Below are positions 55,793 to 64,000 of a stretch of 64,000 nucleotides of DNA, one piece after another. A model generated the notes under the pieces. The model was not told where the DNA came from. It was given only the letters and a program-made list of their open reading frames with translations, and did not search any database. Every line of letters starts with the position of its first letter. Positions within the stretch are counted from its first letter, which is position 1. The translations under genes and the position numbers were made by a program. Source of the stretch: Dehalococcoidia bacterium (GTDB taxonomy: Bacteria; Chloroflexota; Dehalococcoidia; GIF9; AB-539-J10); contig JAUVZB010000005.1 in the NCBI GenBank assembly GCA_030602785.1, positions 6,300-70,299 on the forward strand. Direction: 5' to 3'.

Positions 55793-57178
55793 TCAAGGGA
55801 GACTCTCCCACTCATTCAGTCTGGATACCACCACTGCCCTCTTCCCGCGAGACATTGCAGCTATTTCGGGTGCAAGCTCAATCTCCACCCGCATTGACGG
55901 TCCCAGGATGGACTCGTATCTTGACTTCACAGAGGAGACAGTCCTGCCAACACACTCGGCGTCACAGCAAGCGTTCAGGACCAGTCTCAGCTTCACGGCG
56001 TCCGTCCGTTCCTGCACAATCTGAAACTGCTCAATGCCCAGTTGCGCAAGATAGCCAAACACCAGAGCTGCACCCGGGATTTCTCTCCCGTCAGCAGTCA
56101 CGATTATGTCACACCTGCGTCCCTCCAACCCCCTCAACAGCGGCAGCCCTCTGCCACAGGCGCACTGCTCTTCTACCATCGCCCCGATATCGCCCAACTC
56201 GTAGCGGATGAACGGCATGCAGTAGTTGTGCAGGTTCGTGACAACGATGCGCCCGACTGTGCCAGGTGGCACAGGTTGATCTTCGTCATCGAGCACTTCC
56301 ACGATCACGTTCTCTGCCGCGACGTGGAATCCCGACCCTGCAGGGCACTCGCAGGCAATGTCAAGCACTTCGTGCGAGCTGTATTTGCTGAACGGACGGC
56401 ACCCGAAGACGTCCGCTATCACCTCTCTCTGGTGGCAATACAGAGGCTCGCCTTCAGTCACGACAGAGCGCGGGCGGAACCGAGAACCACCCCTGCGCCT
56501 GATGTGCAGAGCCAACAGGTACACGGCAGACGGATAGCCTCGAAGCAGCGCAGGATTGTGTCGTTCGAGCGCCACAACCAGGCGCTCGACCCTTGCCCCG
56601 GACATGTCATACACATCAAACAGCGTCTCCCTTTGAAGACGTGCAGTGATATCAGCAGTCACTGCCACTCTTCGCGCGCATGACTCGCGCTGCTCGACAA
56701 GCCTCACGGACGAGTCCCCGAGGCGAAAGCCGCTCCATCCCAGAGCTCGCAGCGAACGCGCGTAGCCCCGGCTGTACCGGTCCTCCAGTGTCGTGCAAAA
56801 CGTCAGCGGCTCACCGGTGGAGCCACTGGTTCGAGCTACCAGACTCCTGCGTCCCGGGAATCCCGTGGCCTGAAGCTCCGCACTGTGACGTCGCACATCG
56901 CGCCTGTTGAGGACAGGCAAAGCGGAGAGGTCCGAGGCAGTATTGATGTCTGCATGCGTGAGCCCCCTGTCGTCGAAGGCCTGGCGATAGAACGGCACCC
57001 TCTCGTAGGCGTACTGGAGCAGCATGCGAAGGCGCCGGCTCTGGAGTTCGAGAAGCTGCTCGCGCGACCACCATTGCGTTCGCTCAAGCTCCGCGAGACA
57101 CCGAATCGTGCTGGTGCCCCGCAGTGCATCGAGAACCCGGGCCAGCACGAAACGAGCCGCAATGTTGTACGCACCCAT
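55793..57178 (-). CDS. adenylate-forming ligase of the PaaK / CapK / coenzyme F390 synthetase family
   Basis: 461 aa. The P-loop-like motif is RTSGSTGEPLTF. Also present are YELGDIG and a C-terminal RGKRAVV. It starts 2 nt after the stop of P5. Confidence 0.8.
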   Translation of the reverse strand: MGAYNIAARFVLARVLDALRGTSTIRCLAELERTQWWSREQLLELQSRRLRMLLQYAYERVPFYRQAFDDRGLTHADINTASDLSALPVLNRRDVRRHSAELQATGFPGRRSLVARTSGSTGEPLTFCTTLEDRYSRGYARSLRALGWSGFRLGDSSVRLVEQRESCARRVAVTADITARLQRETLFDVYDMSGARVERLVVALERHNPALLRGYPSAVYLLALHIRRRGGSRFRPRSVVTEGEPLYCHQREVIADVFGCRPFSKYSSHEVLDIACECPAGSGFHVAAENVIVEVLDDEDQPVPPGTVGRIVVTNLHNYCMPFIRYELGDIGAMVEEQCACGRGLPLLRGLEGRRCDIIVTADGREIPGAALVFGYLAQLGIEQFQIVQERTDAVKLRLVLNACCDAECVGRTVSSVKSRYESILGPSMRVEIELAPEIAAMSRGKRAVVVSRLNEWESLP

Positions 57179-57180
57179 CT

Positions 57181-57924
57181 CTATTCCTGCGCCTTCTCGG
57201 AGGGTGGCTCGCCCGCCATCGGCGAAGTGCCGGTGGCATCACAGGCAGCGGAAGAGTCCGAGAACAGCACCCGACCAAAGAGCCGGACAACGCGGATGGT
57301 CATCAGTTCCCTCGCACCAAGGCGTTCGTACAGCGCCCATGAAGCGGTGTTGCGTCGCTCCACTGCGCAACGCATTGTCACCACGCCTTCTCTACTGAGG
57401 TCCCTGAGTAGCCAGGCGGTCACGTATTTCCCCACTCCCATACCCCTGTACTCCCGCATCGTGAGCACCCGGCTCAGCACAGCCTCTTTACCAGACTCTC
57501 GCACACCGTACGGGAGGGAATCAAGTGCCTGCTTGCTCCGGCACGTGAGGGCCACCCAGGTAACATGAGCAATCGTGCTGCCGACATACGCAACGTAGGC
57601 CCAGGCACCGGCTCTGAGGAAGCGCTCAGCGCCTGCGACGTACCGTCTCAGGTCAGCACAGCCCTGGGCAACAAGTTCATCAAGTTGAGCGGTTCTCGTC
57701 ACGCGGAACACACGGAGCCCCTCGAAAGGACAGGTCACGGACGGAATATCGATGCCGTCCAGGCGGAGTTCCGCCACGCGGTATTCGTTCCTGCGCAGAC
57801 CAAGAGCTCCTACCCTCCCCGAAACGTAGCACGCCGAACGACCCGCAAGCGCCTTCCATCCTCCATCACGCCACGCCTGCCCCGCTCTGGCAGAGAGAAC
57901 GTGCAACTCCTCAAGAAGCACCAC
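57181..57924 (-). CDS. GNAT-fold acyltransferase, array paralogue P5 (most diverged)
   Basis: The core is GAWAYVAYVGSTIAHVTWVAL...LPYGV...REYRGMGVGKY...NTASWALYERLG. The start is GTG. Confidence 0.65.
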   Translation of the reverse strand: MVLLEELHVLSARAGQAWRDGGWKALAGRSACYVSGRVGALGLRRNEYRVAELRLDGIDIPSVTCPFEGLRVFRVTRTAQLDELVAQGCADLRRYVAGAERFLRAGAWAYVAYVGSTIAHVTWVALTCRSKQALDSLPYGVRESGKEAVLSRVLTMREYRGMGVGKYVTAWLLRDLSREGVVTMRCAVERRNTASWALYERLGARELMTIRVVRLFGRVLFSDSSAACDATGTSPMAGEPPSEKAQE

Positions 57925-57971
57925 AGAATAGCCTCGTCTCGCAAGACCTGGTTCCGAAGGGAACGAACGGG

Positions 57972-58895
57972 TTACCGCGTCTTGCGCCGCAACGACTCAC
58001 ACACGCTGGAGTGAACCGAAGCAGGCACGCCAAGCTCGCGCCCCTGCCGAACGACATAGCCCAGCATCGTATCCAGCTCCGTCCGTCGGCCACTCTCGAC
58101 ATCGAGCTGCATAGACGACTTCGTGTCCCGGGGGAATGCCCCCGCCTTTTCCAGTGACTGCTCTACGACGTCCCCGGGAAGTTCGACACCCTTCTTCCGG
58201 GCAAGAGCCTCCACTTCACTCATCATGCCGGATAGTTGCTTCCTCAGCCCGGGGTCGTCGATGGCTTGGCCTATCGTCACGCCGTGAAGAGACGTCACGC
58301 CAGAGACAGGGCCGATGAAGATGAACTTGGTCCACACCTCTTCGAGTATGTTCGCGCTCAACGCCGCGTCGATGCCGGCAGCCTTGAGTATCTCCTCGAT
58401 CAGCCTGTAGGGTTCGGTCCTGCCATCAGGGTTTCCGAAGAAGAGCTTGCGGCTGCCACCTGTCTGCTCAACAACACCGGGCGCCTCGACATGCGTCGAG
58501 ATGTACGCACAGCCGTTCAACACATCCCCCGTGCAAAGCCCCTGCTTCAGTGTCTCATCGTTGTCCACGCCGTTGCCCAGCGGGATGACGACCGTTCGGG
58601 GTGAGATGGCCACAGCCATCGAGCGGGCCGCCTCCAGCAGATCGTAGCCCTTCACGCAGAACAGGGCGACGTCCACAGTCCCCATCTCAGCAGGGGTATC
58701 AGTTACGAGGGAAGGTCGAGCCATCCATTCGCCGTCACGAGCAATGAGCTTGAGGCCGTTCTTCCTGATCGCCTCCATGTGCGCGCCTCTACAATAAAAG
58801 ACGACCTCGTGCTCGCTGCCGGGCGGATACGTGTATGCCAGTCTGCCGCCGTAGTATCCTCCAACGCCACCAATGCCCACCACGGCTACTCTCAT
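57972..58895 (-). CDS. ketopantoate reductase (PanE/ApbA) family 2-oxoacid reductase
   Basis: The ATG at 58895 lies 6 nt after GGAGGAGGG. The N-terminus is MRVAVVGIGGVGGYYGGRLA. The C-terminal domain is SSMQLDVESGRRTELDTMLGYVV. Confidence 0.8.
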   Translation of the reverse strand: MRVAVVGIGGVGGYYGGRLAYTYPPGSEHEVVFYCRGAHMEAIRKNGLKLIARDGEWMARPSLVTDTPAEMGTVDVALFCVKGYDLLEAARSMAVAISPRTVVIPLGNGVDNDETLKQGLCTGDVLNGCAYISTHVEAPGVVEQTGGSRKLFFGNPDGRTEPYRLIEEILKAAGIDAALSANILEEVWTKFIFIGPVSGVTSLHGVTIGQAIDDPGLRKQLSGMMSEVEALARKKGVELPGDVVEQSLEKAGAFPRDTKSSMQLDVESGRRTELDTMLGYVVRQGRELGVPASVHSSVCESLRRKTR

Positions 58896-58928
58896 GAACA
58901 ACCCTCCTCCGTACCAGACAGTCGCGCC

Positions 58929-58956
58929 AGTATAGCATCGGCAGAATCAGAAGGAA
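58929..58956 (-). promoter_or_regulatory. candidate promoter for the reductase-GNAT-ligase block
   Basis: On the minus strand, TTCCTT (58951-58956), 16 nt, then the extended -10 TGcTATACT (58929-58937). It lies about 35 nt upstream of the ATG at 58895. Confidence 0.3.
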
Positions 58957-58999
58957 GCGGAGTGCGCTGCGCCGACTGGCTCGTGGGCTTGACGAAGGC

Positions 59000-59031
59000 G
59001 AGCCGCGGACACCTCACGGTGCCCGCGGCTC
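59000..59031 (-). terminator. 9-bp GC-rich hairpin after the lipoprotein gene
   Basis: GAGCCGCGG (59000-59008) pairs with CCGCGGCTC (59023-59031). It lies 38 nt past the stop at 59069. There is no U-tract. Confidence 0.3.
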
Positions 59032-59068
59032 GATTCCTCACTCATCACAAGTGCAGCGTCAGTGCCTG

Positions 59069-60424
59069 CTACTCGTAGGAATAGTAGTGGACTATCAGCT
59101 TCGGCAGGTTCCCGGCAGTCCAGCGAAGCAGGTCATTGTCGCCGTTGCCATCGGTCTCATCATCTCTGAACTGGAGCCTCAACTGGAACCTGTCCTCCCC
59201 CACCATTTCCCCCAGCGCGTCTTTGAAGTCATCATCATCATCAGGGTCAAAGTCATCGAAATCGCAGTACTTCCCAATGGCCCCGACAGGAGTGCCCTCA
59301 AAGTAGTCCCCTCCGTCCAGGGTGCCGTAGTCATCGACATACGCCCTGAGGCAACCGAGGTCGTCGAAAGGCGTGCCCAGCGGGGTGTTGTAGTCCGAGA
59401 AGTCCACGACGACTCCCGCAATCATGGCATCATCAGGGATGTCTGAGATGTCAAAAGTAATGAATGCCTGAATGCCGACGTCGTTGTTATCGTCACCGCC
59501 ATAGATGTACTCATCCCAGGGCACTCCGGTACTGCGGACATAGCCACTCTCGTCTATCACAGCCTCAAGCGTGACCGTGTAGCTGTCCGGCATCTCCAGA
59601 TAGCTCTCGACATCCACCGTGGCACTCACAATGTCCACGCCGTTGGTCGCAGTGAGGGTGAACGTCACTGTCTGCTCTCCGGTCAAGGTTACTTCCTCGC
59701 TGCCTGTAGAATCCACCGCTCCGATGATCGGCAGAATCTTGGCTTCGGTCGCGCCGGCCACCTCCCAGCTCAGGGTTGAGACTTCGCCTGAAGCAACCTG
59801 CTCAGGATCAGCCTCGAAGAAGACGATGGCAAGTTCCTCGGCTTCCACAGTGACAGTGAGCTGTGCCGAGGCGGTTGCACCACCGCCTTCCGCGGTCAGA
59901 GTGTATGTCGTTGTGGCGGCAGGCGATACACTGACCGAACCTGCCGGCTCGACCTCGCCGATGCCCTGGTTGATGCTCACGTCAGTCGAATCTGAGACAC
60001 TCCATGAGAGAGTTGCACTCCCTCCCTCTGCAATCGTCTGTGGACTGGCGGTGAAGAAATCGACCTTGGCAGGACCGGTTATGCCCGGCAAGACCCTTAC
60101 TGCACTCCGGACCTCAGCCGACCACGCGTCGTTGTTGTCCTGTACCTTGAAGAACACCATGTGGTCGCCGACTGAGAGCGAGCTTGTCTCAAAGGCTTTC
60201 TTTGAGCTCAGCTCGTCGTCCTTGTCGGACCTCCAGCGATAGGCCACAATCTCGCCGTCGGCGTCGGTCCCATGCCCATCGAAACTCACTTCCCCGCCGG
60301 CAACTACCTCTGAAGGGGAGATCTCATCGATGTATGCCTTGGGCGGCTGGTTCGACTGCGGCATGATATACGAGCAGCCGGATAACAGCAGAAGCGAACA
60401 CAGCGCAAGAATAGCCTTCTTCAT
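59069..60424 (-). CDS. lipoprotein with a PKD-like domain, two tandem Ig-like repeats and an acidic C-terminal domain
   Basis: The ATG at 60424 follows GGAGGTGAGG. The lipobox is LLLLSGCS. The PKD-like segment is FDGHGTDADGEIVAYRW. The internal repeats are TLSWSVSDSTDVSI / TLSWEVAGATEAKI. The tail is Asp-rich. Confidence 0.7.
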   Translation of the reverse strand: MKKAILALCSLLLLSGCSYIMPQSNQPPKAYIDEISPSEVVAGGEVSFDGHGTDADGEIVAYRWRSDKDDELSSKKAFETSSLSVGDHMVFFKVQDNNDAWSAEVRSAVRVLPGITGPAKVDFFTASPQTIAEGGSATLSWSVSDSTDVSINQGIGEVEPAGSVSVSPAATTTYTLTAEGGGATASAQLTVTVEAEELAIVFFEADPEQVASGEVSTLSWEVAGATEAKILPIIGAVDSTGSEEVTLTGEQTVTFTLTATNGVDIVSATVDVESYLEMPDSYTVTLEAVIDESGYVRSTGVPWDEYIYGGDDNNDVGIQAFITFDISDIPDDAMIAGVVVDFSDYNTPLGTPFDDLGCLRAYVDDYGTLDGGDYFEGTPVGAIGKYCDFDDFDPDDDDDFKDALGEMVGEDRFQLRLQFRDDETDGNGDNDLLRWTAGNLPKLIVHYYSYE

Positions 60425-60615
60425 GTCCTCACCTCCCACCCGCATTGTCTGCGAGGGTGTCATTATACAAGACGCGAATCATACTTATGCTAACGTGCGG
60501 CCCATCCGGCGAGTTTAGGGTCCGGTGCCGATGGTCCCGTCAGCGGACAGCCACGCCTTGCAACCAGTGCCGCGCTGAGGTAGCATGCAATGGCTGCAAC
60601 CCGCGAGTGACAACT

Positions 60616-61779
60616 ATGGACAGATTCCTCTTTGCAGCATCGCCATCCGGCCGCGTGCTTCATACCCGAACGGGGTACGATGCGTTTGTGCCCGACCCCC
60701 TACCACCCCAACTCCCATGGCAGACTCACGCAGCAAATGCACTCTCGCGAGCCAGCTACGCCATCGCTGCGATCCGGGTCCAGGCTCCCGTCGAAAGCCC
60801 TCCTCACTTCGAAGCACTTTTGCTCAGGCGCGACGCTGTGAGCGCTGCTCGAATCGAGGGGCAGCAGCTCGACATTGCAGAACTCCTGACGGCCGAGGCC
60901 ACAGGCGCTCCGGGAAGCCGCGGCGCACGCCTGGGGTTGAATTACATCAGGGCGTTCGAACATGCACGGCCGGAGGAACTGCCTCTCAGCCTCCGGCTCG
61001 TTCGGGAGTTACACCCCCTGTTGCTCGACGGCGTGGCAGACATCCGCAACACACCAGGGGAGTTCCGCCGCTCCCAGAACTGGCTTGGCCCGGTCGGATG
61101 CACACTCGCCAACGCAGTCTTCGTGCCACCGCCGGTGGCCGAGATGAGGGAATTGCTGCACAACTGGGAGAGCTATCTCCACGAGTCAAGCGAACTGCCA
61201 CCGCTTGTGAGAGTCGCGCTCGCTCACTATCAGCTGACGGTCATCCACCCGTTCCTGAACATGAACGCGGCCGCCGGACTTCTCTTCACGCCACTCTATC
61301 TGCACCATCTTGAGAAGGCGGACTTCCCCATGCTCTTCATCGGCCGCTTCCTCGAGCGGCAATCCATCGAGTTCTACCATCGGATGCTGGACGTCTGTCA
61401 GCGCGGGAGCTGGGATGAGTGGCTCTCGTTCTACCTGTACGGCATCGCAGACTGCGCCAATGACACCGCCACGTGCATGCACCGACTGCTCCGCCTCTAT
61501 GCTCAGAACATGAGCCGCGCCGAAGCAGAGGCCATGGATGACGATGCCCTCCGTCTGTTGAAGATGCTGTTCCAGCATCCAGTGGTCAGCACCGATGGTG
61601 CGGCAGACTTCCTCAGACTGACCGCCGGAGATGCGCGTCGGGCGCTCGCCTGCCTTGAGGACGCCGGAATCGTTACGAAAGACACTTCAACCACGTGCCC
61701 GGTTCACGTTGCAGGCGACATCGTCGCCGCGCTCGGGACCGACAGCTCACCGTCCGGTGTCTACGCGGCCTCCTTCTGA
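60616..61779 (+). CDS. Fic-fold protein (Fic_N, Fic core, C-terminal wHTH) with a degenerate active-site motif
   Basis: ATG at 60616. The Fic_N-like segment is SAARIEGQQL. The core is ALAHYQLTVIHPFLNMNAAAGLLF, where the canonical motif is HPFxDGNGRxxR. Confidence 0.7.
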   Translation: MDRFLFAASPSGRVLHTRTGYDAFVPDPLPPQLPWQTHAANALSRASYAIAAIRVQAPVESPPHFEALLLRRDAVSAARIEGQQLDIAELLTAEATGAPGSRGARLGLNYIRAFEHARPEELPLSLRLVRELHPLLLDGVADIRNTPGEFRRSQNWLGPVGCTLANAVFVPPPVAEMRELLHNWESYLHESSELPPLVRVALAHYQLTVIHPFLNMNAAAGLLFTPLYLHHLEKADFPMLFIGRFLERQSIEFYHRMLDVCQRGSWDEWLSFYLYGIADCANDTATCMHRLLRLYAQNMSRAEAEAMDDDALRLLKMLFQHPVVSTDGAADFLRLTAGDARRALACLEDAGIVTKDTSTTCPVHVAGDIVAALGTDSSPSGVYAASF

Positions 61780-62879
61780 CGCTCTTTCCTAAGAGCCACG
61801 CAGTACAGGCCTACGCCGGCACGGACAGGGCCGAAACACAGGTTGCAGGATATGCACGTCGATGGCCGAGTGTCACCGAGGCGCCAGCGCTTGATGAGGT
61901 CCGGCTCCCGTATCAGTGGCCGGCACAGTGCCACGTAGTCAGCCAGCCCTGTCTTCACAACACCTTCGGCGACTCCAAGAGACCGTACGCCACCGACCAG
62001 TATGAGCGGCGCCTTGACCTCGCGCTTGTACAACTCGGCAGCCTCTTTGAAGTAGATCTCCTGCCCCTTGGGCACCGTGCCGGTCGGGCGCGAGCAGAAG
62101 TACTTCGGGGCGCTGAAATGCGTCCCCCCACTCACCTCAATCGCGTCGATACCCTCTCTTTCGAGCATGAGCGCATAGGGCGCCATCTCGTCCAGAGGGA
62201 AGCCGCCATCGAGGAAGTCCTCGGAGTTGATCTTGATCAGTACCGGAAAATCAGGGCCAACGGCAGAACGGACCGCCTGCAGCACTTCAAGCCCAAAACG
62301 CGCCCGGTTCTCAAGCGAGCCGCCGTACTCATCTGTCCTGTGATTGAAGTATGGTGAGACAAACTGAGACAGCAGGTACGAGTGCGCGGCATGAAGTTGC
62401 ACGGCATCGATGCCGGCTTTCTTCACCCGGACCGCTGCGGCGGCAAAGTCCAAAACCGTCTGCGCAATCTCCTCCTTCGTCATCGCCCGACACGGAATAT
62501 CGGTGACCTTGATGTCCGATGCACCGAGGGCGTATCCGGTCGTCGGGGCCACGTACATGTTGCAGCCTGTATGCTGAATCTGCAGCGCAATGCGGGCCCC
62601 GTGCCTGTGAACAGCCTCTGCCATTCTTGCGAGACCGGGTATCATTTCGTCGCTGTGGACTCCCATCTGGCCCACCCTCGATCTACCCTGTTCGCTCACG
62701 TAGGCATAGCCGGGTATGATGAGGCCGACCTCACCCCTCGCCACCTCTTCCTGCCAGCGTATCAACCGCTCGTTGACGGAACCGTCTGCGTTCGCCATCC
62801 CTTCATTGGTTGCAGAATGGACGAAGCGGTTTCGCAGCACCATTCCATTGAGCACCGTGGTTTCGAACAGCTCTGCCAT
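61761..62879 (-). CDS. NADH:flavin oxidoreductase (Old Yellow Enzyme family)
   Basis: The ATG at 62879 follows AAGGAGG. Motifs are LRNRFVHSATNEGMA, ALQIQHTG and VQLHAAHSYLLSQFVSPYFNHRTDEYGGSLENR. Confidence 0.8.
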   Translation of the reverse strand: MAELFETTVLNGMVLRNRFVHSATNEGMANADGSVNERLIRWQEEVARGEVGLIIPGYAYVSEQGRSRVGQMGVHSDEMIPGLARMAEAVHRHGARIALQIQHTGCNMYVAPTTGYALGASDIKVTDIPCRAMTKEEIAQTVLDFAAAAVRVKKAGIDAVQLHAAHSYLLSQFVSPYFNHRTDEYGGSLENRARFGLEVLQAVRSAVGPDFPVLIKINSEDFLDGGFPLDEMAPYALMLEREGIDAIEVSGGTHFSAPKYFCSRPTGTVPKGQEIYFKEAAELYKREVKAPLILVGGVRSLGVAEGVVKTGLADYVALCRPLIREPDLIKRWRLGDTRPSTCISCNLCFGPVRAGVGLYCVALRKERQKEAA

Positions 62880-63412
62880 GAGTTCAGCCCTCCTTACTCG
62901 CGCTACTATATCCCACCAAATTCGTCGAATCCAAGCATCGCGCCCTTGTCGCTGAACCCTTAGGGGAGGACAGAATCGTAGACCATCAACACCGGTAATC
63001 GGGGGATTGACAGCACAAGAGTCGTATGCGAACATCTCCTAGCTCCCGTAGCCTCAGGCTCCCCGGAAGATGAACGCAGCCGAGTGTGGAGGTTCCCATG
63101 CTCGCGGCGCGCTGCTTGGCCAGCCACGTGAACTGGCGCAGGAAAGGCGGCGGACTTCTGGTTCGTATGTACCGATGCGGCGGGCTGAGACGGGCTGGCG
63201 CTCAGTCACAAACGAACGGAGCGCCTGTACAGGGAGGAAGGGTTGGCGTTGCGCCGAAAGGGGAGAAAGAAGGGTATGGACGGCCCCAAGCATCCGTGAC
63301 GGCGGCGCGACCGTGCCGCGAAACGAAGCCGGGCTCCCTGAAGGTGTTTGCTGAGGCTGCCTGGGTGGCGCTTCTGTGGGGCAATAGCCGTAGTACGCAA
63401 GGAAGGTGGATT

Positions 63413-64000
63413 GTGAAGAGAGGAATGATGCGAGATGTTGTGCGAGGTATCCTCATCGCGGGGTTGTTGCTGGGAGGTCTCGCGACGGCTGGCGTCAGCA
63501 ATGGTGCCGCAGCGGACAGCGGAACACAATCCGAAACCTTTAGTCCTGCTGAAACCGGTGGTGATCTTCTCCAGTTCAGCTCTGCCGGCCACGTGCTCGG
63601 CTTCAGCGACGTAGGCTCAATAAGTCCTTGGCCCATGTTCCAACATGATGCTCAGCATACAGGAAGAAGCCCATATGTTGGGCCACAGACAGATAATGTC
63701 AAATGGACATACGACTTTCCTGAGTACCCCAACCGCGTATACGATTCGCGAGTGGTGGTTGGCCCACAAGACATAATCTATGTTGGAAGATATGAGGGAG
63801 TTTATAGCATAGAGCCAAATGGAACTCTACGGTGGATACTTGAGTTACCTGATGTGGAAGCTATGAGCATAGACACGAATGGAATAATCTATGCAGTTTC
63901 TCGGAAAGGATTATCAGCGATTGATCAAGATGGCAATAAATTATGGCAATATATGCTTCCAAGTCTTTGTCGCGATTCAGAGCCAGTTGTTTTTAATGAC
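63413..64000 (+). CDS. secreted PQQ-like/beta-propeller repeat protein, 3'-truncated by the window edge
   Basis: The frame is open from the GTG at 63413 (or the ATG at 63425) to the end of the window. The signal peptide is ILIAGLLLGGLATAGVSNGAAA. The repeat region is WPMFQHDAQHTGRSPY...NVKWTY... It is not in the supplied ORF track, presumably because no stop is reached. Confidence 0.65.
   Translation, partial: MKRGMMRDVVRGILIAGLLLGGLATAGVSNGAAADSGTQSETFSPAETGGDLLQFSSAGHVLGFSDVGSISPWPMFQHDAQHTGRSPYVGPQTDNVKWTYDFPEYPNRVYDSRVVVGPQDIIYVGRYEGVYSIEPNGTLRWILELPDVEAMSIDTNGIIYAVSRKGLSAIDQDGNKLWQYMLPSLCRDSEPVVFND

Noticed and set aside
61761-61779. 19-nt convergent overlap of the Fic and OYE gene ends
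   Set aside because: This is a common feature of compact genomes, with no additional structure seen.
63070-63354. 94-aa Arg/Gly-rich ORF in the long leader
   Set aside because: There is no RBS, and the composition is typical of a random frame in GC-rich DNA.

Overview
This is a dense, high-GC bacterial chromosomal window. Hand-counted 60-nt lines give about 57-63% GC outside two low-GC patches. I support about 57 protein-coding genes on both strands. I found no rRNA, tRNA or CRISPR array by eye. The backbone is transport and accessory metabolism: two EamA transporters, an MFS transporter, a MATE+MarR pair, a LonC-like protease with DUF502, a beta-CASP RNase, an M48 peptidase, PlsY+GT2, DapA, an LMW phosphatase, a UvrD-type helicase, a BKACE enzyme and an OYE flavoprotein. 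There is also a trehalose locus (TreT plus an NDP-sugar pyrophosphorylase, divergent from an OtsA-OtsB fusion), two tandem equal-length DRE-TIM paralogues and two DUF362 paralogues. Five things stand out. (i) A minus-strand operon-like block at 51.1-58.9 kb carries five old, diverged GNAT paralogues around a CapK/PaaK-type ligase, with a Fem/BioF2-like transferase and a PanE-type reductase. I cannot assign it to a known pathway, and it is my best candidate for an undescribed system. (ii) A ~166-nt element with terminal inverted repeats occurs three times; one copy carries a nested hairpin-bounded insertion. (iii) Two direct copies of that element bracket a low-GC ~3.9-kb cassette (hypothetical protein, GT4 glycosyltransferase, radical SAM enzyme) that sits next to a truncated methyltransferase remnant. 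(iv) A Fic-fold protein has a degenerate catalytic motif. (v) Three frameshifts all fall in G/C homopolymer runs, so they are either sequencing errors or real pseudogenes. The taxonomic impression (Chloroflexota-like) is inference only. All family assignments come from motif recognition in the supplied translations, not from database searches.
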